Shown: one piece after another, positions 1 through 11,700 of the stretch | Position numbering within the stretch: the stretch's first letter is position 1 | Layout of the letters: each line of letters starts with the position of its first letter | DNA from: Giardia intestinalis | Taxonomy: Eukaryota | NCBI GenBank assembly: GCA_000002435.2 | Contig: CM018789.1 | Reading direction: 5' to 3' (one strand) | Length of the DNA: 64,000 nt | Position numbers and translations under genes: made by a program | The notes under the pieces: generated by a model | Seen by the model: the letters and a program-made list of their open reading frames with translations, nothing else | Databases searched by the model: none | Told to the model about the DNA's origin: nothing

Positions 1-36
1 GTAGGCAAATCACAACAGCGTAAAACATCCTTAAAA

Positions 37-2739
37 ATGCACTCGTATAACAACCAAACAGTCACGATAAGCTCATCCGATATCGCGAATAAGCCCCTCT
101 CAATGCCTAGTGGTCCACTTACAAGCTCTAAAAAGAACGTCCCACGAAGTACCAGTGTGGAAAGTAAGGGAAGCCTACTCAGCGGAGTGAGCTCGGGTAT
201 ACGCATAGCCACCAAACTTAGCACGGATTCCAAGCTGAGCCAAAAGAAAATAGTTAACCTTGTTATCAAGGATGTCACAAATAATAGTTCATTAATGCAA
301 GATAGTCAAGCAGACTCCATAATTCATAATGAGCAAAATGATTCTTTTCTAACTTTTACGAATGACAGGGCCCAGAATGCCTCAACTTCGGCTTCTTCTT
401 CAATCAAAAAGGCATCTGGAGCCCGGAAAAAAGTAGATATAAACGGTTATGTGCCAATTACTACGAAAGGAAAAGTCGAGACTGTTACAATCAATCTACA
501 TCGAATGGATACGTCCCCTATTCGCCCCCGTTCCCCAGTACACTCATCGTTTAACGAGGAGCCATCCCAAGACTCTATTATTCATGGTGCCCACTCTCTA
601 GAGCCAATTGGAGGGGATTCGTGTTCCATGTCTGGATTGGAAGACTCCGACGAGGCAGTATCCCCTTCAAATTTAAATTCGACCAACAGCAAGCAACCTA
701 AGAGTCAGACAAATGGACGAGACTATCGAGAGTTCACTAAGACTCCGTCGATCAATACAATTGTCCCTCTTGGCACAGCAGCGGGTACATCTGCGGAGCC
801 ACGTAGCGTCGCTACTGCGTCATTAAGCATACTGACTGCTCTAAGGGCATATCACATTGTTACTACCAGGAAACGGATGATTAAATCTAAATTGCGGAAC
901 ATTGGTCCCAGTATTTTGGAGCCTGCGCTTGCTTCACAGTTATATAGATCATCCCACTACACACATCTGGTCTTCCGTTGGTGCCTCATTAATGAAGATT
1001 TTGCCCACTATGTTGGATCTATTCGACGACAGAGACGGGTCACAACGCTCAACCCCATGTGTGAGAACTACAAGTGGATTAAGGACTCGTTAGGGTTTCA
1101 TAATATAACCATGTACCTGACATCCATGCTGATACGCGATATCTTAGATTGCATTCCCTTGCCAGATAAATCTAATAAGGGCAAACTGGTTCTTCATAGG
1201 TCAAAGGGTGGTGCCATTAAGGATGTAGAAGTGGATCAAGAAGCAAGCACAGAGGACCTGGTAGCGCCGGACGGGCCTTCGTTACTCAACTCCACTGATA
1301 TAAGCCTGACAGCGTTTGTTATTACCGGATTTAAAAAGTTACTGACATCAATTGCAAAGCTATCAGATATCTTCAAGTATCGCTCCCCCGATGACAATAT
1401 GAATGAGCCTCTTGATACTGAAACAGCTCTGGGTACGGTGGACAAGCATGTCACTTTATCACTGACACGGAAACAGTCCCAGAAATGCAAGAAGAAGTCG
1501 TCTATCCAAGTGTCTCCGAAGCCAGTTGCGTCCCCATCATACTACAATCTTTACAATCTGCGGCGGATTGTCTCTCAAATGTATAGATACCTGTATAGGT
1601 ACGCGGATGCGGATGGCTCTGACCCTTACACGATCTTGAACAAGCTAGATCCTCTGGTATTTAAGTCTTTATCTACTAGGCAGCAAAGCTACTTGTCACA
1701 CAACCTTCAGCGAAGTAGCGCCGTCTCTCTTCAGCACACCCATATCTCTGTTTTTACCGACTCAGAGCTAGATGCACAACAAGACATTGATGCGTGCATA
1801 GATAATTGGCTGAGCCCCGGTCAGTCACAGACACCTGAAAGTCCTAACTTTGAACCACTTGTTTGTGACAACAACTACGATATCAATACCAACATCCCGG
1901 CTCTGGCCGTTTATCATTCATTCAATAGTGTGTTTTGGAGCAGTACTATCAGATCAGAGCATTTAAAAGACTACCTTTTACCCCATGACCAGCTCTTTCA
2001 AACAATCGTCACCAAGGATATATTGCACAACCATTTTGAGCCCATTCGAACTAATTCCCTAGGGACAGCAACTGCTAGTTCAACACAGGATCTAGAAGGC
2101 GTCAACGATAGTAGCGCAATGGGGAGTCACTCTTTTAATGTACCGCTTGATATTTGGAAAGATAGCCAGATCTCAGATAAAGCCTTTCACGATTTGTCCG
2201 ATGGGCATCTCACCAATATCATACCTGGGAGATCTGCCGTATACCGCTCTCAGGCGCTCAAAGTAACAGATGATGGCAACCTTGCTATTCGGCAGCAATC
2301 GCATCACGAGCTGGGGGATTTGCTGGCAAAGATGTCTGTTCACATGGATCAGGGTACTCTTGTTGTAGGCTCTACTGACTCGGGCGCATACACCACGGGG
2401 TCTCCTGTCTCTAAGCCCCTCTTTCTATCTTCTCCCAGCCTTATAGATCTTCCCTTATATAAGTTTCTTGTACCGGATGAGGCCGCTGGCTTGGACCTAT
2501 CTTATAAAACATTTGGTGCAGGCTTGAGCAACGAACGTCTAATATTGAATACCTACTTTTATACCAATAGGTTTTTCATCCCACAACCAAATAGATTGGC
2601 TATGTTTAATATCTTGGCAATATCTGGCGGGCTGTTCATGAGCCGAGACGAGCGTCTATCGATGGAAACAATCATGCGTGAAACACTTGCATGTCTACAT
2701 TTAACCTATTACGATCTAGATTACTACTATTATACTTAG
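37..2739 (+). CDS. hypothetical protein with a Ser/Thr-rich N-terminus; possibly 5'-partial
   Basis: 900-codon ORF from ATG at 37. The frame stays open upstream to base 1, so the true start may lie outside the window. No domain recognised. Stops 39 bp before the next gene. Confidence 0.5.
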   Translation: MHSYNNQTVTISSSDIANKPLSMPSGPLTSSKKNVPRSTSVESKGSLLSGVSSGIRIATKLSTDSKLSQKKIVNLVIKDVTNNSSLMQDSQADSIIHNEQNDSFLTFTNDRAQNASTSASSSIKKASGARKKVDINGYVPITTKGKVETVTINLHRMDTSPIRPRSPVHSSFNEEPSQDSIIHGAHSLEPIGGDSCSMSGLEDSDEAVSPSNLNSTNSKQPKSQTNGRDYREFTKTPSINTIVPLGTAAGTSAEPRSVATASLSILTALRAYHIVTTRKRMIKSKLRNIGPSILEPALASQLYRSSHYTHLVFRWCLINEDFAHYVGSIRRQRRVTTLNPMCENYKWIKDSLGFHNITMYLTSMLIRDILDCIPLPDKSNKGKLVLHRSKGGAIKDVEVDQEASTEDLVAPDGPSLLNSTDISLTAFVITGFKKLLTSIAKLSDIFKYRSPDDNMNEPLDTETALGTVDKHVTLSLTRKQSQKCKKKSSIQVSPKPVASPSYYNLYNLRRIVSQMYRYLYRYADADGSDPYTILNKLDPLVFKSLSTRQQSYLSHNLQRSSAVSLQHTHISVFTDSELDAQQDIDACIDNWLSPGQSQTPESPNFEPLVCDNNYDINTNIPALAVYHSFNSVFWSSTIRSEHLKDYLLPHDQLFQTIVTKDILHNHFEPIRTNSLGTATASSTQDLEGVNDSSAMGSHSFNVPLDIWKDSQISDKAFHDLSDGHLTNIIPGRSAVYRSQALKVTDDGNLAIRQQSHHELGDLLAKMSVHMDQGTLVVGSTDSGAYTTGSPVSKPLFLSSPSLIDLPLYKFLVPDEAAGLDLSYKTFGAGLSNERLILNTYFYTNRFFIPQPNRLAMFNILAISGGLFMSRDERLSMETIMRETLACLHLTYYDLDYYYYT

Positions 2740-2778
2740 TCACTTGTAAACAGATTACGAATAAATTTTAGTTCCAGG

Positions 2779-5700
2779 ATGTTTAATGAAATTCTCACCA
2801 GAATACTGACCAAGTATATAAACAAGTATGTGTACGAGCTGAACTCCGCCAGCATGCGCAGCAGCCTTCTTCGCGGGATTGTTGAGCTGAGCAATCTCTT
2901 CATCAGACCAGAGGCACTGGATATGCTTCAAGGAGTTCGATTGGCGTTCGGATACGTTGAACATATGTCCTTGCGGATCCCGTGGCAAAGCTTCTGGAAG
3001 GAGAATATTTCCATAAAGGTATCAACAGTTTATGTGGTGGTTTACGGCTGCAGCCCTGACCTGACAGAGGATGCTATCAGGCAACAAGTACTCAGCAACT
3101 TCAAGAACAAGTTGAAATCGTTGATTCGAATGGAACAGCGTATTCTAGAACAGAACAAAGAGCAAATCATGCTGGAGGTAGGTACTACGGCTAAGACAGG
3201 GTCGCAGAAAACAGGAAAAATGAAACGGTGGATACTGTGGCTGCAAAACCTTGCCATAAACAACATCTCTCTAGCTATTAACAATGTAGCCATCTTGTGG
3301 TCGGCCCCTGAGTTAGGGGGAGTGTCTGGAGCGCTGTGTCTTCAGAGTATGCTCATAGCCACTGCAGATAATTCTGTTATAGACAAGTCAGGGTTGAAAG
3401 AAAAGGATTGTATTCTTAAAGATCTGGCTTTTCGCTATTATCTCGTCAGTGCGGATGAGCACCCTGATCACAACTATAACAGTCTCGCTGAATGTGAAAG
3501 GGGGCTCTCATTTTGGCGTCCTCTATTCGAAGGCCCAGCCTATATAACAGTGGTTGATCCTCTTCAGGTTACCACTAGAATACAGCTGTGCCGTAACTTT
3601 GCTCATGAAAACAAACCATTTGTCACCATCCAGTTGCAGATTCCTAACCTCTGCGGCTGCACAGATCTACAGACCATATTATCACTTATAGAATCTTTGA
3701 ACAAGAGCATGGCCGCTGGCGAGTTTGCGTTTGCGCTAACAAGTAATGAGATAACGCATCTAGGTAAGAATAGTTCGCCAGATGATGCAATAAGATGCCT
3801 GGGAAAAGTGTTAATTCGTAGCCAAGCCATAAGCAAGATAGAGGCATTGGTGTCAACTGAAAGTGGGGGACGATTGTCCTCATTGAAAGACCAACTGCAT
3901 AGAACCTTTAAAAAGCACTATCTTTCGCATCTACGATGCAAGTACATCATGCCGCTATTGCCCAAGTATGGTGATGCACCTGCCGTAAGTACATTCAATG
4001 ACGAGTATCTAAACGCAGTGCAGGACGTTATCGGTTATGCAGGTCACTCCGCTCAAACGCTTGCCGAGCTCACGGCATCTATCCCTACGCCTGTCATAGC
4101 TAAACTGCAACAAGAGTGTTTCTCAGCATTTCTTCACAATTTGCCAGAGAACATAGAGCAGTCGAAACGTGAAGCTTTGACAAAGGAATCGGAAACCAAT
4201 GAAGACAGTACACCAACAAGGCTGAGCAAGAAAGATTTAGCTGAACTTCAGAAATTGGCAGGTGTGCCATCTAAATTAGACATTAGTGACATGGGGAACA
4301 GCTCAGATTCCGGAGAAGAAAGATTGGAACTCGTTAAAATTGTTGCATACCTAAAGGGAGTAGACATCAGTGTTTGCGAAAAGATTGCTGACTGCTCCAT
4401 TGGTTCCACATCTGCCAAACTATTAAGGTTATCTCTACAGACAATCAGTTGTGCGTTTAGTCTTTTTAAGTCGACAGACTTTACATTCTTATGCGAGCTG
4501 AGCCGCATTCGAGGAGAATGCGCAGCAGTAAAAGAACCGGTGTTAACTACACTCAGCGAGTCTTCTGCCTTTTCTATAGAAATCTGCAGCCCTGGTCGCT
4601 TAGGAGGATCCATGTGCATTAAGAGTCTACTTGTGCCTATTCAGGTGATGTGCGTTCCCAGCCTGCTACCATTTGTAGTCAACTTGATGACCGTGTTACA
4701 AAACACGTTCTCTAATAATGTCAAAGTGCCTATACAAAAGGCTTCGTCACTGGATCTAGTTACGCTTTATAATGAGATTGACAAGGGCATCACCACTTTT
4801 CTTCAAGAACGTGCCGCTACCCTTGAGCTAGACCTTGAGCTGGGCGCCCCAGTGGTCACAATCTCCGCTCCAACAATAACTTCGCTTAGCTGCTCACTCG
4901 GTCAAGTGTCCATTAAATCCTTGCATTTTCTGTCAGAGATAGACCATCCCAAACTGACACCCAAACCCCAAACACTGGTACTATTTGTGAAGCTAAGTGA
5001 TACAGCCATCAGCATGAAGAGTAATACCAAAGATGGCTCAATTGATGGGGGGACTATAGAGACACATGTGGAGGAAGAGACTATTGTAAGGCCGTGCTCA
5101 GTAAGCATCTACTTACAGATTCCCTTGGTAACTGGTCCAATGATCGCTGATGTATCTCAAAGTCTATTCGATATTGTGCTCACAACAGCCAGTATCCAAT
5201 CGCTGATGCTCTTATGCAGTAGATATGCTTATGAGTTGCTTCACATACCGATCCACAGACAAAACGCAATGAACGCAGTAGCGCCGTCATTGCACCAAGA
5301 TCACCAAGGTACCTCAGTACAACAAAAACCTGATACGGAAGATAGACTAGAGCAAACGATGCTGCTACTGCGAAAGAACACAGCCACAGTTATTATTACT
5401 GTAACTTTAGAAGGGGCAAAGCTGGCCATAGGAGACGCAAAAGAAGTTGAGGCTTATGTCGGACAAGGATATCTTGAAGTGTATGTTATGACAGCGCAGA
5501 ATAAAACCAGTTATGCCAAGTTCAAAATGAGCATGCTCGACTTCTTTGTTTGCGGTACTCCGGTAGCCTATCTAACAAGCGAAACAGAGGACTACGAGGA
5601 CGACAAAATAGCCTCGGGATCATGGTCAATAGATAAAGGAATCACCCTAAAGCTCGCGATTGGCATGTTGCACATTATTGCAGATGTAATACTCTTCATC

Positions 5701-8700
5701 AGACTAACTTCTGTGTTAGAGAAACTCTTGCAGTCTTACACTGATGCAGGACTAGCCTTGCTATGGAGCCAGATATCTCATAAGTTTTCTTCTTCGCAAG
5801 CCCCATCTCGGCCGTCACTGCAAGAGCGCAACGAAAGTACCATCGCTCTACTTGTAGATTTTGCTGGATTGGAGATTCATCTACTGAGCACTCCCTATCT
5901 ACTCCCAATTTCATCTGACTTAGAACTGGCCTTAGATTTAAACATGGACACTGCTCTTATCTGTACTGCTAGACTGAAGTCTGTATACTTTAACATAGTA
6001 CTTGATTCCACCGATGTATTCATTAACTGGTCTTTCCATGAGTGCGTCATTGAAGGCTCGGAATCAGAGCCAGCTAGAGTCACCATGCTGCAGTTCATAA
6101 CACCGGTTACATCAGAGGTCTGCGCAATAGGATGCGTTCACCTTTATAGCTGTGTATCCTACGATCCAAATCTGCTTCTCCACGCCCAGATAACTAGTGA
6201 TATTTTAATTACTATCAATGGGCGCTTGGTGCAATATCTGTTGCATAGTGGAGGTCTTCTAGTAGATTGCCTACTCCGGATTAAGGAGTTACTGGGGGGT
6301 GATCTCAAGGTTCAGTCAGCGGGGAATACCACAGCCAAGAGTCCATCCCGCATTTCCTGTAACATCTTCTCTCCCTCATTCGAGATAAGTATCCCGGTTC
6401 AGGCTGACTATCCCAGCCCGCAATTCTCTTTACATCTAATCAACTTTGAAATGTCCACAGACCAAGCACCAGGATCCCCTACCATTAGCCTATATGGATG
6501 CCTTGAACAACTGCTCTTTGAGTTTGTGGACACAATAGAGGGACATGGATGCGCTCACCGTACAATTTGCGCATACGACAGGTTAGAAATTTTGATCGAA
6601 AGAACGCATAGAGTGTACCGTCAAGAAAGACGTGATATCTCTGACAGTCCGCAAGAGTGTATCCTTTTAGCGCACCAGCTCATTGCCATTGGCCTACCAG
6701 AGGTCATCTGCGTATGTCTTACTCCACAAATGCTTCACGCAGCAATGGAGTTGATTGGTGCAGATAGAAATCTAGGGTTTAGCATTGTGGACGATGCCGA
6801 CGAATCAAAGTTGCGAAGCATCAAGCAGACTATAGACGCCCGCGTAGAAGATGGTCAAGCGCAAGATGGTATTAGTGGTTCAGTAGACACAATAAGGAGC
6901 ATAAATAGATTGCTAGCACACGACTTCAAAGGGTTTTTAGGACAAGATATAATGTCTACCCGTGCACAATTAAAGCTTGATGATTCCTTTATAGATATGA
7001 TTGAACAGGAATATATTAATGCTTCTAGTACAGTAGACGAGGAACATGCACAGTTGGATCACTTGAACCAATTCTGTCCACCAGTAGTCAATACCTTTAA
7101 AATGTCATTGTGCACCTTGCATGTGAAGTTATTGGACAGGACAGGGACCTTGATTGATTGTAAGCTAAACAAAAGCAATATAACACTGGAGCGGACAGCC
7201 GATCTACAGGCGAGTGGATTTATAGAATCGCTAACCCTGAAGGCCACAGAATCTTTATTTCCTCTCTTCAGCATTACTCAAGTGACGTTCCAATATAAGC
7301 ACGACTCCATTCATAGGCAAGCGACATTGCTGCTAGCACAGAAAGCAAACCTCACGGTAGTTGTGGATCACATAGCTATTAGCATGGTCTTCTCTCTATT
7401 GGAGTTGGTGCATACGCCATCAGCAGCATACATCTTGGCCCGTCAGGCAAAGCAAGAACTGGTTAGCTCCATCAATGAAAAGGTTTCCGTTCTTCAAGAA
7501 AGAACTACGTCACAGATGAACAAAAGAAATGTCTCTCACGCTCTACTCTCTGCTCTCCACGTCTCTCAAACGAAGAAAACCGTAACAACAGATAAGCCTA
7601 CAATGGAGATAAGACTTTCTCTGCTCACAGTCAAATTTGTAATTATTGTGTCCGTAAACGGGCCAAAAGAAGGAAGCAAACTAGAATCTCTTGAACATGT
7701 AGCGCTTCATGCAGATATAAGTATTGTCACAAGCACATCTTTCAGACAAAAGTACATTATCAGTGAAGCCGAGTGTCGAGTGCAGGATTTCTTTAAGCAC
7801 ACCGAACTATGTGTTGCCCTAAACTTAGATAAGTGCAGAATAACTTCATGTCTGGCTGGGTGGGAGACCGGAGCTGAGAGCATGCAGTTAAATAACATTA
7901 TATTAGTGCCAAAACTGTCGTGCACCTTTACCGCAGTTTCTACAGATATGCAGGGGAGTTATACGGAGGATAACAGACAAAAGGATATTGTTTTGAACAA
8001 GCAGTCTTCCTCAATGGATGTGACAATCGAAAAACAAGCCGAAATAACTATCTCATCCAGGCTCCTCTGTGTGTATCTCCTTGCCAAAGAACGACTTCTC
8101 GGGGCTATTCCAAACAAAATAATTAAAGAAACCAAGCAGATTGCAAAAGAAAAGTTAGAAAAAATAAAATCCAAATCGATTGAATTTTTGAAAGGAGCCT
8201 CCGATTTCCAGGCAGAAAAAGTGGGTAATGCCTTGGTAGATGCCTTTCCTACTGCCGTGCTCAATGCTACTCCTATTATGGTCAGCGGTTTTCATTTTCC
8301 TGTCTACACCATATCAAGCAAGACAAAGGTTGAACTATCTTTCAAAAACCATCCGTTGTTAGTATCACTTACCTCTTCACAAAACATGTGGCCTCTTTTT
8401 ATTGTTGGATGCAATGACATTCGATGCATATATGAAAACGTGCCGGAAGCAGACCCCAATGTGCCTCATCAAACGCTAGCTCTGACAGCATTGTTGTATG
8501 CAAAGTCTTACAACGAAGCACTGAAGTCGTATGACGCCCTGCTATGCTCGACTCCGATAGCGCTCAGCTATAAACTGCAATCAAGATCACTTGCCTCAAC
8601 TGTTGCTGCTAACGAAGCACCAGTGGACACGCTGTCTATGCACAGCACATACAAAACCATATCTGCAGAAATCTCTATCTCTTTTAGTGTCCAATCCGAA

Positions 8701-11700
8701 CTCCTTGTACTTCTCACCCCAACGGCACTGCTTGCTATGATGCATTTCATTGGCACTTTTTCTATGCCAGCTTCTAAATCACTGAAAGCGAATAATGCAC
8801 AGAAAAATACAAACCTAATATTAGAGCGTCAATTTGGCGAAGATGAAACAACAGACCAGTCTCTTATCTCATCTATCTCTGCCGCCTCTCCTCAGTCAGC
8901 AGAGTCTGAAGGACAGCAAGTAATAGAATTCTATCCTAGCGGTATTGTCCAAGTGGTTAAAGTATATAGTGGCTCGTCAGAATGCAGCGCCCACTCAGCG
9001 CTGGGAGGAGCCCTTGTTTTTTACGTATCCTTAAGCAAAGTAGAAGACGCAAGCATGTGGGTTGAATTGCTAAGTGAAGGCGTAATAAAAACAATTCAGC
9101 TTCCTCTGTGCATTCTTCTATTTCACGAACAGTATAATATTGACGAAAGTTGGGGATTTGTGTTTATCAACCAGAGCTCCAGGGTTGAGGTGCACTGTCT
9201 CTCCACCTGTATTCTATTGAATTACACTACACGCGATTATTCTTTTATAGCGGAAGCTCCCATGAGTAGCTCAATCAGATCAACCGATCAGCTGAACAGC
9301 TCCACGGAAACCATGAGCACTATGCTGTCGAGTATGCCAAGTACTCACTCGACAACCGTGTGTACTAGCGTAGAGTGTAACGGCCATGATAGACCTCAGC
9401 TGTCAGGGACCCTGGGCAAGAGTTCATACGTTTCTGTCCCCACAACAGTAGTATCTCTTCAGATTTCCTACAAGAACAACAGTCCCTTGGAACTGCTCTA
9501 CTATTTGCATCACCCAGCAACAAATCCACTGGAAACATTCATAACAGAGAAGGGATATGAATACCTGAAGTTTGTGGTTTTCACAGTACATCTATTCGGC
9601 CGTCCTACGCAAGTTATTCAATTAGTTCCAACGCACTTCATCACAAATGGAATGCCATGTATAGCAAACTTGAAGTTAAGCTATATGCGGGCAAGAGATA
9701 GTAACTCCGAGCCGGAGACAGGAGAACAGACGGCTGCTCTTGCTCCAGTAGAAATCTTTACGCTGAATACATCGCTTAAAGATAAGATTCAGTTAGCATC
9801 ACTTTCAGTTGAGTTGCAGTATGGCGTTGAATCTTATAAGTATATCCTCAAATCCACATATAGCCTAACCTACAATGAAGACTCTATGCCAGCACAACCC
9901 GTAGCTTTGGACCTAGTGCCGGCGCGTCAAGACAGCACAGAAGTGTACCACTGCAATGTTAGCATAAAGAAACAGACCATGAAGAAGACCACCAGAGTAG
10001 ACATATCGCTGCTCAAGGGGCTATATGCTCCCTCAGCTGTCGAAATAAATATCTATGCGACTGCCCTGTTACAAAACAATACCGCACCGGAGCTTTCGTT
10101 TTGCATTTTCCGCCTGGATAGCAAGTACGATAAAAGGACTCAGATTACTAGCTTAGTGAAGTATGAGGAGGCATCTATCATATGGGGCAAGTATTCTGAT
10201 TCAATAAAGCTGAGTGTATCTGTGTTGCCAATCATGCAGAGCGGCAGTCCCATTCAATATCACAAGTCAGACAGCTTTCGGCTGTCAACAGTTGCAGGAT
10301 ATCGCTTGCATCGCATGCACACTAAGACAGAAAGGAAGAAAGTGACACTATTTGTATGTTCGATAAGCAAGCAGCTAAAGGGCTCACCATCAATGATATA
10401 TACATTGCAGGCAGCAATGAAGGTGAACAATTGGATGCCGAGGCCGATCAATGTGCTTATAACTCCCTGGGATCATAAAGATAAGACTGCACAAAAGGTA
10501 GTATGTGCCAATTCAAATGCTAGTGTTTCAGTATTTGAGTTGCCTGGCATCAAAGAAAGATTGGTAGACTATGCTATCAGGTTTCCAGAGGACCAAAAGG
10601 ACCTTCTTAAACGGCTTAAAATAGGATACTCCAAGGAGCTACTTCATATAGATTCTTCCTTGGCAGTTGTGGAGGTCCATTGCACAGAATACAAACTTGA
10701 TATTACAGTTCGGCCCCCCACAACAATTGACGATGTTCAGCTAAAAGTATATAACTCCTTAAATCTAGACTTATATTGCTCTTACAAGCATAGCTCACAG
10801 CGCACGAAGTATACCGTTGCATCTAAGAGCACAGCGACACTCTACTTCCTACTTTCTGACTTAGACTTCTATCATCAAAAGTCAAACGGAGTCTTTTCTC
10901 AAATATTCTGCATTAAGATGGCACCACTTAGCACAGATGTGGAGTTTTACGACCCACGGTCAAAGAAAAAATGCCACGCAAAGCTGCTCATTGGAGAGGG
11001 TGCTATCCACTGTAAAATCTTTTCAGATAATGAGACCTTACCAGAGCCAGCTATAGGCCATTATGATGTTAACCAGAGAGTGCTTATTAATGCAAATCTA
11101 GAAACGAAAAAGATAAGGGTTCTTTTGGTGGGGCCAGATGATAGTGATTTTTCCCGCAGAAGAGAATATGTCTCTCTCAGTACAGCATTTGTAGATATTG
11201 TTTGTTTGGTGAGCGCACAATACTACTTAGTAAGTGCGCAGGTGGGGCAAGTGTCCCTTGAAAATATCTTAGGGTTGACCAATCAGCCGAGAATATTGCA
11301 CCTAAAGCCTGTTAAGCCCACTAAAGGACCATATCAAAAGAGGTCTGCGCAAAAGTTATCGTTAATAAAAAACCCGGAGACACCTGCTATCATGGCTATG
11401 GCCTCTTTATCTACGAACCTTTCTATTTTAGACGTAGATCGCTTCAAAATCAAGATGGGTAAGCTGAACATCCACATTGATCAATCGACCATAGATGTCA
11501 TCCTCCGGTTTCTTCGGATAAATGCGCTGCTTTCAATATCCTTTCAGATTGAGTCTACGGAGTGCCAGTCACTACAAGCTGAAATACATTATCTTCTATC
11601 CCACATGAGCAGAGAGGACAGCAGATACTATGCACTATTGCGCAAGTTATGCAATTCTGTATTTAATGCTACAACCCAAGCAGAAGCATGCGAAAATAGC